DNA of 18,257 nucleotides from an uncultured Nitrososphaeraceae archaeon (GTDB lineage Archaea; Thermoproteota; Nitrososphaeria; Nitrososphaerales; Nitrososphaeraceae): NCBI GenBank assembly GCA_963765895.1, contig CAVXZB010000009.1, positions 1 to 18,257 of the forward strand, read 5' to 3'. Shown piece by piece: positions 18,107 to 18,257 of this stretch (position 1 is its first letter; each line of letters starts with the position of its first letter). The notes under the pieces were generated by a model. It saw only the letters and a program-made list of their open reading frames with translations, ran no database searches and was not told where the DNA came from. The position numbers and the translations under genes were made by a program.

Positions 18107-18257
18107 GGATGAGGAGTCCTAGCCAGCCAAAATCATGGTACATATTGACAATATGACTTTGATCCTGATGATGTCAGCATTAACTTCATGTCTCATTTTC
18201 CTTTCCATTAGTTTTTCTATATCTTTATGCTGCTCGCCGGATTTTTTCTCTCCATGT
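18107..18257. repeat. Diverged dispersed repeat, copy B, containing the 3' end of a minus-strand ORF that runs off the window
   Basis: Homologous to 1970-2115. Minus frame 18256-18119 is open: HGEKKSGEQHKDIEKLMERKMRHEVNADIIRIKVILSICTMILAG*. Confidence 0.7.

Overview
AT-rich accessory region whose gene families point to a soil ammonia-oxidising archaeon (Nitrososphaeraceae-like). This taxonomy is inferred from family recognition, not from a marker gene. Intact genes, mostly in the right half, encode a 2-TM K+ channel with a C-terminal zinc ribbon, a small secreted protein, a SHOCT protein, a PEFG-CTERM-type exported protein lacking its anchor, an HdeD/DUF308 protein, an isochorismatase-family hydrolase, a ClC-family channel and an alpha/beta hydrolase. 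About 15 decayed genes or fragments are interspersed, and many were broken by short tandem duplications. Features the ORF track misses: (1) three copies of a module with about 50 bp of conserved upstream DNA plus a C4 zinc-ribbon microprotein, one intact and two broken; (2) a cryptic 35-aa signal-peptide-plus-pentapeptide gene (...AHA|GIVLN) next to a secreted WWQW protein and a membrane-protein remnant, a candidate archaeal peptide-signalling cassette; (3) a virus/plasmid-like relic at about 4.4-6.6 kb with a 20-aa repeat protein and a 39-bp inverted repeat; (4) two paralogous integrase-like C-terminal remnants; (5) an 86-bp near-perfect dispersed duplication; (6) an (AAGTAA)n microsatellite of about 14.7 units; (7) a local excess of the palindrome GCCGGC. 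No rRNA, tRNA or CRISPR array was recognised. All family calls are by eye and need HMM confirmation.
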